Positions 10,615-20,304 of a DNA stretch of 64,000 nt are shown here, in pieces (position 1 is the stretch's first letter; the number at the start of each line of letters is the position of its first letter). The notes under the pieces are model-generated. The model was given only the letters and a program-made list of their open reading frames with translations. It was not told the origin of the DNA and did no database searches. The stretch spans positions 8,961-72,960 of the forward strand of contig JAERST010000003.1 of assembly GCA_016845365.1 (NCBI GenBank), read 5' to 3'. The DNA is from Methanobacteriota archaeon (GTDB lineage: Archaea; Thermoplasmatota; Poseidoniia; Poseidoniales; Thalassarchaeaceae). A program made the translations under genes and the position numbers.

Positions 10615-10737
10615 GTTATCGAGACTGCGAGGGTCGGGAGAGGGGTCAAGTTTTCGATGCAAGTTTTAGGCCAAAAGGCAGGAGAAATGCCTCACTCCTC
10701 TTCGCTGAGACGGCTCACCCTTCTTCGCTAGGACTGC

Positions 10738-11121
10738 TCACTCTTCTTCGCCGTAACGTTGCTCCAAGTCCTTCTTCTCGAGTTGCGCCCAACGCGAACT
10801 TAGACCTTCATCTCCTGATTCGAAGCGCTCTTCTTCGAGCCGGGCTCGCATAACTGGTTCCGGCTCGCGACTAAACCACCTATCGAGGCGCGCCTCGCCG
10901 TATTCCTTCGATTTCGCGAGGCGCAGAATTAGCAGGCCGAGAAGTGAGAGGATTACGATTGCAGGTAGGGCGAGCGCGTACTGGCTGGTGCTAGCACAAG
11001 CGCTTCCCGTGCAACCGATCAATTCGATGCGCCCTTCAGCGAGCGCGAGAGCTGTGAGGAAAGTTGCGGGGAGCGCGATGCCGATTAGCACGCGCTCGAG
11101 GCGGGCCGCGGGTGATTCCAT
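10738..11121 (-). CDS. Hypothetical membrane protein (2 TM plus acidic tail)
   Basis: Two hydrophobic helices; co-oriented with neighbours. Confidence 0.7.
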   Translation of the reverse strand: MESPAARLERVLIGIALPATFLTALALAEGRIELIGCTGSACASTSQYALALPAIVILSLLGLLILRLAKSKEYGEARLDRWFSREPEPVMRARLEEERFESGDEGLSSRWAQLEKKDLEQRYGEEE

Positions 11122-11213
11122 CAAGCGGCGTGAGCGGCCCCGAGTGGATGAATGCCTCGCATCCTCAATTCGTGTTGGAGAAGTTCCAACAAGGCTGGCC
11201 AGAGGGCTCAGCC

Positions 11214-11798
11214 TCAGTAGGTTTCACGAACCAATTTGTGAATCTTGTAAGGGAGCAGTGCCCTGTTTACTGGGGTTACTTCGAGGATGCGAGCATCATC
11301 GCGTCGGCGAATATCTTGCAGCAATGGATGCCGACTCTTCTTGTGTAGAGTCAATATCGTCGGCATGTCTTTTTCCAGAGCTTCGCGAACGATCTCGACG
11401 AAGGCTTCACTCTCCACAGAGTATTTTCCAATCTCGTCGACGACGAGAATCTCGCACTCATCCATCGTTCTCTGAATCGCAGCGACCCCGATTTCATCCA
11501 ATGCGGTGGGGTCGATGCCATAGCCGAGGATTCTCGTTCGCGAATCGATATCTCGATGTGCCATTACTGCAGACTCTTCTGTCACAATGTCCACACACTC
11601 GAATCCAACGCGTTGACCATCCTCGAGAATTGTTCGAGTTTTCATCCCGCCAACAATCGGCCGTCCTGCGGTTTCTTCATTGCGAGAACGCATCTCTTGA
11701 CGCCTCTCATCGATCAGCATACTGACGACTTTTTCGAGAACGGCGGACTTGCCCGAACGGGGCAGGCCGGTTATGCCGATTTTCGGATGAATTCCCAA
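11214..11798 (-). CDS. Nucleoside-triphosphatase (THEP1/NTPase_1 family)
   Basis: IGITGLPRSGKS, VGGMKT, ILVVDEIGK; TTG start after GAGGTGA Shine-Dalgarno. Confidence 0.92.
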   Translation of the reverse strand: MGIHPKIGITGLPRSGKSAVLEKVVSMLIDERRQEMRSRNEETAGRPIVGGMKTRTILEDGQRVGFECVDIVTEESAVMAHRDIDSRTRILGYGIDPTALDEIGVAAIQRTMDECEILVVDEIGKYSVESEAFVEIVREALEKDMPTILTLHKKSRHPLLQDIRRRDDARILEVTPVNRALLPYKIHKLVRETY

Positions 11799-12070
11799 GA
11801 TTATCACCTCAGACCCGTATGCTAAACGCGAAGGTACGCCTTGCTTACGTACTGTAGCCGTAATAATCAATTTGGTCGAAACGCATCAAACGCTCCGTTC
11901 GACGGAAATTCATTTCCGGAGTACATACTCCTCTTTTCCGGTTCTCTGCCTCAATCCGAAAATCGAACGACATGAGTGACAACCCCTCACAATTTGGAGA
12001 AAAATGCAAGTTACACGACCACGAGGTCTCTGGGACTAAGTCGGAACAGACGTGACATCGAGGTTCGAAA

Positions 12071-14104
12071 TCAATTCTGCAGGCGAATGGTTGCCAAATT
12101 GGCCGGAGGTGGGAATGGTAGGTTCTCGATTTCGTAATTGTTGACGTTGTTATTCGCCGCCCAAGCTCTCGACCAAAGGTCGAGGGTATCCGAATTGAGA
12201 TGCTCTGCCAACCAAAGGAGGCCATCGTCGAGGGTTCCGTACTGTTCTGCCAAACTGTCGAGGACTGCCTCGGGCAATTCTAGGAAGTTGACAGAGTTGC
12301 CCAATACGCAGTCTGGTGGTACAACGACCCAGCGCAAGCGACGGTTCTGCTGGGCGTTGACGATTGCTTGGCAAGCGATTCTGCTAACTCCGCGCGGCTC
12401 GATAGGCCCCTTCCACAGAGCCTGCGCGCGCTCGAGAGAATCTTTTGGAATCTGAGGATTATATCCAGGGTGTCGGATCGATACCTTGCCATTTTCCAAG
12501 TTGAAGTGGATTCCACGAATGAACGGGGTGCCGCGAGAGCGAGGATTCCAGGCACGGATATCGGATGACCAAGTTGTTTGGTCAATCTCTCCGACACGAA
12601 CGCGGATTGGGTCGCCGCTCGGGTTGAGCCAATTGTGTTCCTCGGAAAGTCGAGGCAAGTCTGCGAGCTGCGAGATTGCGGAGAGGACTGAGCGGCGCTC
12701 GTGTTCTGCGCGTGGCATGCGCGGTACTGCCCAATTTGTATCGGTCCATACAGCCCACGCGCCGCGGTCGAGTACCATCTTCGGCGACTTCGGGTCAAGT
12801 CCGGATGAAGGCAAGATATCGCTGCTCTCGAGAGGCCCCCAACTGGTTAGTTCCGAGGTTTCTCCGCCAACGGTGATGCCGATGACAAGAACGCCTTGGG
12901 ATACTCCCGGGAAAACTCTCTGACTCTCAGGGAAGGACCAAGCCGAATCCCAATCATTGCGCTCGACGATAAGTTTGCGAAGAGGGATACTGCTCTTCTC
13001 GCGCAATAGCGAGTCGGGGACAATCATTCGAACTCGACCTCCCTCGCGGACGAGTTGCATCGAGCGCTCGAGGAAGAGGCGGTAGAGATTCACATTGCCG
13101 AGCAATGTGCTGAATCGTAGCCGACCATCATCTTCGGTGATACTGCGGAGTTCGCGTGAAAGTTCCTTGCGAAGGCGGCTGCCTTCTGGGTGGCCGCGGA
13201 ATCTGTCTTTGATTCGTAGCCAAGGTGGATTGCAGATTAGTAGGCGAGGCGCCTCATCCCACGGCCAGATACCTCGCAAGGCGTCCCCGTGCTGAACGCT
13301 GATCTCGAGCAGTTGCTCTGCGACTGCTCGTCCAATTCTCGCCTCATCTCCCTCTCCATCCAAATCGACCAATTCCGATTTGGCGAGAACCAAGAGAAGG
13401 CGTCGGCGAGTGCAGCGAACCGCGACTTCAGAGATATCGAGTAATTGCATGTTAGAGAGGAGTCTGATTGTATCCTCCTTGCGGTCGGAATCCGACATTC
13501 CATCGATTCGCTCTGAGTGGACCTTTAGCACCCGCTCAGGGAATAATCCTGCTCCAACAGCGGGGTCTGCGAAGGGAAGTGGAATGCCCGAGGCGGTCTT
13601 TTCTCCAGCCACTACCGCCTCGTCTAATTCATCATCATCTTGCTGAGAATTGGCTTCGTTCATCTGCGCAGCGAAGGCACGGAAGCCAGGTGGTAAAGCT
13701 GCCAGCGAGATGTTGGTAGGCATCTGTGCGGTTTCACCAGCGCCGCGAGCACCTAACTCGTCAGAGAGCATGGCATCCGCGAATCGAGCAGGAGTCGCAT
13801 AGGCGCCGCGAGGCGAGCGACCATCGATTTCAGCATCGTAGCGAGCGAGCATATGGTCGAGAACAGCGCTCGGATTGGAAAGAAGTCCAGCGGGCAGTGT
13901 TGGCCAATCGCTTGGCATGGTAGCAGCGATTGGAATATTGTGGCGAATCGATTCCTCCCAGGCATCTAGCCACGAGTCGAGTTGTTCGATTCTATTCTCG
14001 CACGACCTGTCCAGTCGCGCGTACCATCCCGAAGCGTCGCTGACCATGGTACCGACGCGACTGCCGACATGGGTCTCTTCTTTGAAGGGAACGGTTACTT
14101 CCAA
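12071..14104 (-). CDS. Gamma-class amino-DNA methyltransferase (Eco57I/N6-MTase-like)
   Basis: GAYATP, motif I FADPAVGAGLF, GDAL, motif IV NPPW, NLYRLFLE, IVPDSLL, C-terminal TRD-like region. Confidence 0.82.
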   Translation of the reverse strand: MEVTVPFKEETHVGSRVGTMVSDASGWYARLDRSCENRIEQLDSWLDAWEESIRHNIPIAATMPSDWPTLPAGLLSNPSAVLDHMLARYDAEIDGRSPRGAYATPARFADAMLSDELGARGAGETAQMPTNISLAALPPGFRAFAAQMNEANSQQDDDELDEAVVAGEKTASGIPLPFADPAVGAGLFPERVLKVHSERIDGMSDSDRKEDTIRLLSNMQLLDISEVAVRCTRRRLLLVLAKSELVDLDGEGDEARIGRAVAEQLLEISVQHGDALRGIWPWDEAPRLLICNPPWLRIKDRFRGHPEGSRLRKELSRELRSITEDDGRLRFSTLLGNVNLYRLFLERSMQLVREGGRVRMIVPDSLLREKSSIPLRKLIVERNDWDSAWSFPESQRVFPGVSQGVLVIGITVGGETSELTSWGPLESSDILPSSGLDPKSPKMVLDRGAWAVWTDTNWAVPRMPRAEHERRSVLSAISQLADLPRLSEEHNWLNPSGDPIRVRVGEIDQTTWSSDIRAWNPRSRGTPFIRGIHFNLENGKVSIRHPGYNPQIPKDSLERAQALWKGPIEPRGVSRIACQAIVNAQQNRRLRWVVVPPDCVLGNSVNFLELPEAVLDSLAEQYGTLDDGLLWLAEHLNSDTLDLWSRAWAANNNVNNYEIENLPFPPPANLATIRLQN

Positions 14105-14124
14105 CCTCAGATTTTGAGGGAAAA

Positions 14125-14736
14125 TTAGGAATTCAAGCCGAATATATCCTGTTCCAATTCAATGATTAGACGGTGTTGCAATAGATGCGCAATCGCTTCA
14201 TCGACCTCATCGAGGGAGATGCCCATTGGGTTCAGTGCCTCGATGAGGTCGTCAAAGTGGACTGGTGAGGAGTCCTCGAGTGAGGAAACTTCGATGGTGC
14301 CGAGAATATGTTCGGCGACGATTGCAAGAAGCGGGTCGTCCTCAATTCCGAGGATGCCGCCGGAGACAACTGGCTCGTCGGCTTCGTCTACTTCCAGAGA
14401 CTCCGTTCGCGAGGGCTCCGGCCCTTCGAAGACATCGAAGAGATTCTTCTGCATCGGGTCATTCAGAAGGTTCTGGTCGACAACCTCGCGCTGTCGCTTC
14501 AAGCGCTTGACAAGAGTCTCGATTCGATGCAAGCGCTGTTCGAGGCGCATTTTCTCTCGACCAAGATGCGCCTCGACGAGTTCCAACTCCTCCTCGGCCC
14601 TCTCATCCAACCAGCGCGCCAAATCCCAAGATGGGTCGAGACGCAACATCGTCTCCCAAAGGCGCGCGACCGAATCCGGCAAGGACTTCACGTCGATGCG
14701 AGGAAATTCGTTGCCGTCCTCCCCCGAGCGGTCCAT
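14125..14736 (-). CDS. Hypothetical protein (coiled coil plus possible C-terminal winged helix)
   Basis: Heptad-rich centre; FDDLIEALNPMGISLDEVDEAIAHLLQHRLIIE resembles a wHTH. Confidence 0.75.
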   Translation of the reverse strand: MDRSGEDGNEFPRIDVKSLPDSVARLWETMLRLDPSWDLARWLDERAEEELELVEAHLGREKMRLEQRLHRIETLVKRLKRQREVVDQNLLNDPMQKNLFDVFEGPEPSRTESLEVDEADEPVVSGGILGIEDDPLLAIVAEHILGTIEVSSLEDSSPVHFDDLIEALNPMGISLDEVDEAIAHLLQHRLIIELEQDIFGLNS

Positions 14737-14880
14737 GAGTCTCTTGTTCGCGGTGGCCGTCTATCAAATATCGCCTGCGAAGGAATCGCTTCTTGCCCTC
14801 GATCAACAAACAATCTGCTCTCTCAGGCCGAAGGAATGGATGGGTCGGATTGATGAATGATGAGCAGGTGCCGCGACTCG

Positions 14881-16071
14881 ATGACAGCGTATCGACTCGC
14901 GGTGTTGCCCGGCGATGGAACCGGCCCAGAGGTCATCGCGGAGGCCTTGCGAGTTCTCGCAGTCTTCGAGGAAAACGCTCCAGTATCCTTCGATATCACA
15001 GAAATTCCATGCGGCGGCCAATATTACCTCGAAACTGGTGAGGAGTGGCCAGCCGGCTCCTTCGAGCACTGCCGAGATAATTCAGACGCAATCCTCCTCG
15101 GCGCCATAGGCTGGCCCGACGCCCGCCTTCCAAATGGAGACCTCGCGGGCGGCCAAACAATCCTTGGACTACGCAGCGGACTCAAGCTATTCGCTAACGT
15201 CCGCCCGGTCAAACTCTACCCTGGTGTGCAGCACAAGGTGCACGGAGTTCACCAACAAGTCTGGCAACCAGACCTAGTTGACATGGTGATGATTCGTGAG
15301 AACACAGAGGGTCTCTATCACTCCCTTCTTCGCAGGATGGAACAGAAGGCGAAGGGAGACAAGGACGAGCCCATCGTCATCGACGAATTCCCTGGGCTCG
15401 ATGGCGAGGTCGCTTGGGATCCGCGCCCGATTTCACGCAAGGGAAGCGAGCGGGTAATCAAGTTCGCATTCGACCTCGCCCGCCATCGCCAGCGAAAGTT
15501 GGGCGTTCCGCAGACGGTGACTTGTGTGGATAAGTCGAACGTGACGCGGGGGTGCAGATTGTTCCGCAGCATCTTCCAAGAAATCGCTGAAGAGAACCCG
15601 GGAATCGACACACACGAAGCCTATATCGACGCTTTCACAATGTGGTTGATGAGGGACCCAGAAGACCTCGATGTCGTCGTTCTACCGAATATGTTCGGTG
15701 ATATCGCGACCGACCTGGCCAGCGTCCTACAGGGCGGAATGGGGATGGCTGCAAGCGCAAACCTCGGTCCGAATCACATGCTTTTCGAGCCGGTCCACGG
15801 CTCGTCTCCAAAGTATGCTGGATTGAATGTGGTGAATCCGATCGCTACTTTGCAATCGGTTCAGATGATGTTCGAGGCCCTTGCTTACCGCCGTGAAGAC
15901 GAGGACCTCGATATGTGTGCTGATATTCTTCAGACTGCGATTCAGCAGCACTTCGAAGAGGGTGGAATTGTGACTTACGACCTCGGTGGAAGTGCTAGTA
16001 CGAGCGAGGTCGGGCAAGCTATCGCTGACCGATGCGAGAAGTTGCTTCGCGAGCAATTCGCGACTGCCTAA
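14881..16071 (+). CDS. Isocitrate/isopropylmalate dehydrogenase family protein
   Basis: LPGDGTGPEV, ANVRP, IRENTEGLY, VDKSNV, NMFGDIATD, FEPVHGS. Confidence 0.93.
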   Translation: MTAYRLAVLPGDGTGPEVIAEALRVLAVFEENAPVSFDITEIPCGGQYYLETGEEWPAGSFEHCRDNSDAILLGAIGWPDARLPNGDLAGGQTILGLRSGLKLFANVRPVKLYPGVQHKVHGVHQQVWQPDLVDMVMIRENTEGLYHSLLRRMEQKAKGDKDEPIVIDEFPGLDGEVAWDPRPISRKGSERVIKFAFDLARHRQRKLGVPQTVTCVDKSNVTRGCRLFRSIFQEIAEENPGIDTHEAYIDAFTMWLMRDPEDLDVVVLPNMFGDIATDLASVLQGGMGMAASANLGPNHMLFEPVHGSSPKYAGLNVVNPIATLQSVQMMFEALAYRREDEDLDMCADILQTAIQQHFEEGGIVTYDLGGSASTSEVGQAIADRCEKLLREQFATA

Positions 16072-16108
16072 TCGTCTGGGCACTTCGGCTTGTTCGCTTC
16101 GTCGCGAA

Positions 16109-16894
16109 TCAGATTCGGTTCGACGCTTCAGCCATGATGTCGAGTGCATCGCGTAGAGTTGCATCGTTGTCCCACTGAGTTGGACTTGGATTGTCGAGGA
16201 GGGCTTTGCAGAGTTTCTTCATCGCTCGGCTGACCTCGTCGACGATTGTCACATTGGCCATCCTCGCGGTTCTTGAGAGTGGATTAAGGTCGACGACGAG
16301 GACTTGCTTTCCAAGGGCGATGAGCGCCTCGCATCTATCGCCGTCCTCGAGTGGGACTAGCACGGCGTCAGCGGCTTCGATGCCACGCGAACTGCATTGG
16401 GAGCGAGGCCCTTCGAGGCCTGCGATACGGCCGTCGGCATCTGCTCCAAGGATCTCGACGGCCATCACAGCATCGGGCCACTGCGAGCCAGTCCATGCGT
16501 CTGGAGCAGGCTCGCTGGAAACCTCGTCGCGCATCTCGGTCAATGTCGAAATCAACTTACTCATTCTCTCGGAAGTTCGATAGTAGATATTGACTTCAAC
16601 CGGGCATCCGAGTATTGCCGCAGCCCGAATCGCATCTTTTCCTGCGAGCACGGTGGTATTGCCGTTCAAGGAAATCACCGGGCGCTCCGCAGCGAGCAGG
16701 CGAGCAGCACTTTCGTGAATCGCCGCGAGTGCCGAATCGCTCGTCATCTCACCGAGGAGATAGTCGAAGGCCTCACCTCGGCCATGGGCAATCATTGCAG
16801 ATTCGGCGAGCAAGCCCTCAGCGGCAGCTTCAGTCAGCCTCGCTCGCGCCAGCAGCGAGGGCTTCCGAGGGTGTGAGTCAGGAATCTCTCCCAA
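16109..16894 (-). CDS. Archaeal phosphopantothenate synthetase (4-phosphopantoate--beta-alanine ligase)
   Basis: IPDSHPR, IAHGRGEAFDYLLGE, SLNGN, LVPLEDGDR, DLNPLSRT. Confidence 0.95.
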   Translation of the reverse strand: MGEIPDSHPRKPSLLARARLTEAAAEGLLAESAMIAHGRGEAFDYLLGEMTSDSALAAIHESAARLLAAERPVISLNGNTTVLAGKDAIRAAAILGCPVEVNIYYRTSERMSKLISTLTEMRDEVSSEPAPDAWTGSQWPDAVMAVEILGADADGRIAGLEGPRSQCSSRGIEAADAVLVPLEDGDRCEALIALGKQVLVVDLNPLSRTARMANVTIVDEVSRAMKKLCKALLDNPSPTQWDNDATLRDALDIMAEASNRI

Positions 16895-17899
16895 TCACTC
16901 ACCACCCTCAATTCTCATCGATAAATCGAGCGGGGCAACCCCTCTATTCAGAGCGCTAGTCGAGACCAAATCAACCCCGCTCGCCACCCAATTCTCAAGG
17001 TCGGCACGGCTGACCCCGCCCGACCCTTCGAGGATACACCAGGCTCGCAGTCCATCGACTACGAGCCGTTCATGGGCCGCAGCACAAGCCTGCGGCCCCA
17101 TATTATCGAGCAGCAACACCAGCCTCTCAGAACCGCCGCGCTCGACTTGAGCCTCAGCCCAAACACCAGCAGCAGCAAGCGCCTGAGCAGAATCGCGAAC
17201 CTCCACCACTGTGAAGGTTGCATGAACGTCCATGTCGACACCAGCAACAGCCAGCGCGACTGCGCTCGCCTCATCCTCAGCTTCAGGCGCGAGCGCTGCC
17301 AAATCATTCTCCTTAATCATCAAAGCATCAGCCCGCGAAAGCCGATGCGTCAAACCTCCGCCAATGTGCACAGCCCATTTGTCGAGCAGGCCCCACTCAG
17401 TCTTGCGAGTGCAGGCCACACCCATCGAGCCAGCAGAGCCTACCCAGTCCGCGGTGTAGGTTGCAATCCCGGACATCCGCCCGAGTAAATTGAGCAGAAT
17501 ACGCTCGCATCGCAAAACCTGACCAGCAGGTCCGGATAGAGCCAAAACCGCATCACCAGAAGCCACTTGCCCTCCTTCGGAAGCCTTCCAATCAATCTCA
17601 CAATCAGCAAAATGACGCTCGACGAGACGGTCGCAAACAGCACAACCGGCAATCAAACCGGCAGCCTTGGCGCGCACTCGCCCGCGAACGAATTCGGATT
17701 CCGCGCGCCCCCCGGCAACACCAGAGCCGCCACCGTGCTCGCCAACAGCATCAGCACCGCCGCCCTGCTCGTCGGCAACCATCGCATCCACCCAACGGTC
17801 GATCGAATCGAGAAACAACTCACTCGCCCCGCCGCCATCAGACGCCGATTCGTCGCCCTCCCGGAGGAGGTGAGACCGGTCGTGGGGTAGAGTTCTCAC
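16895..17899 (-). CDS. nadC: Quinolinate phosphoribosyltransferase (nicotinate-nucleotide diphosphorylase)
   Basis: ERILLNLLGRMSGIAT, TRKT, GGGLTHR, LLDNM, EGSGG, GVDLVS. Confidence 0.88.
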   Translation of the reverse strand: MRTLPHDRSHLLREGDESASDGGGASELFLDSIDRWVDAMVADEQGGGADAVGEHGGGSGVAGGRAESEFVRGRVRAKAAGLIAGCAVCDRLVERHFADCEIDWKASEGGQVASGDAVLALSGPAGQVLRCERILLNLLGRMSGIATYTADWVGSAGSMGVACTRKTEWGLLDKWAVHIGGGLTHRLSRADALMIKENDLAALAPEAEDEASAVALAVAGVDMDVHATFTVVEVRDSAQALAAAGVWAEAQVERGGSERLVLLLDNMGPQACAAAHERLVVDGLRAWCILEGSGGVSRADLENWVASGVDLVSTSALNRGVAPLDLSMRIEGGE

Positions 17900-17962
17900 G
17901 TTTTGGTCGGGTTATCGCTCAGCCTTGAATGGTCCGAAACGCAGGCCCGGAGAAGAAACCTC

Positions 17963-19009
17963 ATGCGCCATCCGCCGAAACGCCCTCAGGTGCGAGTCGC
18001 GGTCATCGGGGGTGGAATCGCTGGGTTGTCAGCGGCCGTTCAATTGGCTACGGATGGGGCCGCTGTCACCTTGTTTGAGTCGGGGGAGACTCTTGGGGGT
18101 CGAGTTCGTTTGCAAGATTCTGGGGATTGGGTACTCGACCCTGGATTGCATTTGATGCGCCGGCGCGGTCCGTTTCAGCAGTTATTGCGCCGGCTTGGCG
18201 CGCCGCGGGTTTTGGGGAAGCGCTGGGACGCGGCGCGCCTTTTTCCAATCGGTACAGACTCTACGCGCGCGCGAGAAGTAATCTCCAGCATGCGCCTTTC
18301 TGGGGACGGCGAAGAGAGGTCAATTCTGCCTGCTGGAGGTTGGTCGAGTATCGTGGACCGATTGATTCTGGGCGCGCGTGAACTCGGTGTGGAGGTGGTC
18401 GTTGGACGAGATGTTGAAGCTGTTCTTCTGAATGGTGAGAATAGGGTACGTGCAGTGAGTGTAGAAGGCGAGGAGTTCGCTTGTGACGCTGTGGTTCTCG
18501 CCGTTCCACCAAAGGTGGCGACGTCTCTTCTAGCGAGAACCAATCTGACGACAGTGGCCCTCGATGGCTGTACCGAGCACCGAGTCTCTGCCATCGATGC
18601 GGCCCTCATCGGCAAACCGATGGGGCCGTATTCTGGATATTGGGACGAGGACTCAGGAGTCCTCGTCATCGATGCGACGCAGCCCGATCGATTGGGCGAG
18701 CGGGGCAGCGTCGAGGATTGTACAATTCTGCATGCAGTCTGCTTGAAAACCGATGGCGAGGAAGGCTTGAATTCGATCAAGACCTTCCTCGATTCGCGCT
18801 GCTCAGGATGGAGAAATATGGTCGCAGCGCGCCGTTCTTCAGCCTCGATAATGCTGCACCCTTGCCGCGAGGAAGAACGCGTTGACGGCGAGCTCTACCT
18901 ACAGAATCGCATAGCGCTCGCCGGAACTCATGTAGCGAATTCGCACCAACTTTCAGATGCCGCCGTGGATAGTGGACGCAAGGCGGCAAAGGCCCTCATG
19001 CGTGACTGA
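17963..19009 (+). CDS. FAD-dependent oxidoreductase (amine oxidase/phytoene desaturase-like)
   Basis: VAVIGGGIAGLSAA...LFE...LGGR Rossmann motif; DAVVLAVPP; AVDSGRKAA. Confidence 0.85.
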   Translation: MRHPPKRPQVRVAVIGGGIAGLSAAVQLATDGAAVTLFESGETLGGRVRLQDSGDWVLDPGLHLMRRRGPFQQLLRRLGAPRVLGKRWDAARLFPIGTDSTRAREVISSMRLSGDGEERSILPAGGWSSIVDRLILGARELGVEVVVGRDVEAVLLNGENRVRAVSVEGEEFACDAVVLAVPPKVATSLLARTNLTTVALDGCTEHRVSAIDAALIGKPMGPYSGYWDEDSGVLVIDATQPDRLGERGSVEDCTILHAVCLKTDGEEGLNSIKTFLDSRCSGWRNMVAARRSSASIMLHPCREEERVDGELYLQNRIALAGTHVANSHQLSDAAVDSGRKAAKALMRD

Positions 19010-19241
19010 CCGAATCGTACTCAGCCTCAGCCGCGCCCAATCGCGCCAACAAACCATCAACGATGGCGCGAACCTCTCTCAGATCATCTCCAGCGACGAG
19101 AATCCGCAATCCAGCCTCACCCTCGTCGCAGCCGATTACCAATTCGATTTCGGCCGAGTCTTCACCCTCAATCGCGGCCAGCAGAGCCTCGGCCTTGGCG
19201 AGGTCTCCAACCCAAACCATCTCGGTCTCGACCTCGGTCAT
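18996..19241 (-). CDS. Probable KEOPS complex Pcc1-like subunit
   Basis: 81 aa; AEALLAAIEGE...LRILVAGDDLREVRAIVDGLL resembles the Pcc1 pattern. Confidence 0.55.
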   Translation of the reverse strand: MTEVETEMVWVGDLAKAEALLAAIEGEDSAEIELVIGCDEGEAGLRILVAGDDLREVRAIVDGLLARLGAAEAEYDSVSHA

Positions 19242-19372
19242 GTCTTGCGCACCCCCTATCGAATCATGAGCGCTACGGTCGGCTCAGGACGAGCGCCGAG
19301 CCCGCGACGGCGGTTCAGCACTGAGCGCGCAGCGGCGGTTCAGCCCCGAGCACGCAACAACGGCGTGGCCAC

Positions 19373-20194
19373 TCAGACGCCCGAGAGCATCTGCATTCGG
19401 TTGTACCACGGGAAGGCAGAAGGGTGAGATTCGAGAATATCGAAGCCATCGAGGCCTTGCATTGAGCGAAGAATTCCGAAATTGGCGAAGTCAGCACCGT
19501 TTGGGCTCTCGCCGCCGAAGAATTCGCCATTGAAGCCGGTGCTGAGAGTATCGAGCTGAGTCTTGAGATTTTCACGAGGCGGCTCGTCGAACATTTTCGC
19601 TCGAGAACGCCCGACCATTTTCATGACGAAGCCGCCGAGATACTTGTTCACGAGTTTGTCCTTGCGCGAGAAATTTTCGATGCCGTTGACGTATTCGAGC
19701 GCCCGGAATGAGCTGCCGAAGGTGCGGTAGACGACGGCGACAATCGACTTGCCCAAAACCTCGTTGCTGAAGTTCATCCAACGGTCCTGCTCCGCATCCT
19801 CTCCCTCGCGCGGGAAAAGGCTCCCATGCTGCGAATCGATGTAATGCAGAATATCGTTCGACTCGTTCATCGCGCTTCCATCCGAGTCGACAAATACGGG
19901 CACTGCGCTCCATTCTGACCAGTCGAGTTCGGCCTTTTTCATCGGCTCGACCTCGACGTCAGCGTATGGAATTCCACGGCTGCCAAGCAGTGCGCGAATC
20001 TTGAAGCAGAAAGGGCACGACTGGAATGAATAGATGGTCGGCAAACCATCGACGACCTGTTCTGGGTAGAGGCGTGTTCCGTTTGCTTCAGCCTCGACTA
20101 CAGCCGAGATTTCGTCGGCTGGGGCGGCTTTGCTTGGGCAGCAGGATTCTCCTGCGCAGCATGCCTTGTCTTCACCCTCGGCGAGAATCGTCAT
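19373..20194 (-). CDS. Glutaredoxin/GST-fold protein, prostaglandin E synthase 2-like
   Basis: CPFC motif, VPVF, ESNDI, VYRT, FFGGESPNGAD, GILRSMQGLDGF, PWYNRM. Confidence 0.85.
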   Translation of the reverse strand: MTILAEGEDKACCAGESCCPSKAAPADEISAVVEAEANGTRLYPEQVVDGLPTIYSFQSCPFCFKIRALLGSRGIPYADVEVEPMKKAELDWSEWSAVPVFVDSDGSAMNESNDILHYIDSQHGSLFPREGEDAEQDRWMNFSNEVLGKSIVAVVYRTFGSSFRALEYVNGIENFSRKDKLVNKYLGGFVMKMVGRSRAKMFDEPPRENLKTQLDTLSTGFNGEFFGGESPNGADFANFGILRSMQGLDGFDILESHPSAFPWYNRMQMLSGV

Positions 20195-20304
20195 ATTCCG
20201 CCGAAAAGGCTCCCTTTCTCAATGCTACGCTGCTTTTGGGCTGCCGGAGATTGGCTGGATTTTGCCAATGAATATTCTATGGGTTTCCTGCGGTACGCGC
20301 GAGC

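Noticed and set aside
19300..19345. Direct repeat CGGCGGTTCAGC (two copies)
   Set aside because: Only two short GC-rich copies with no further context
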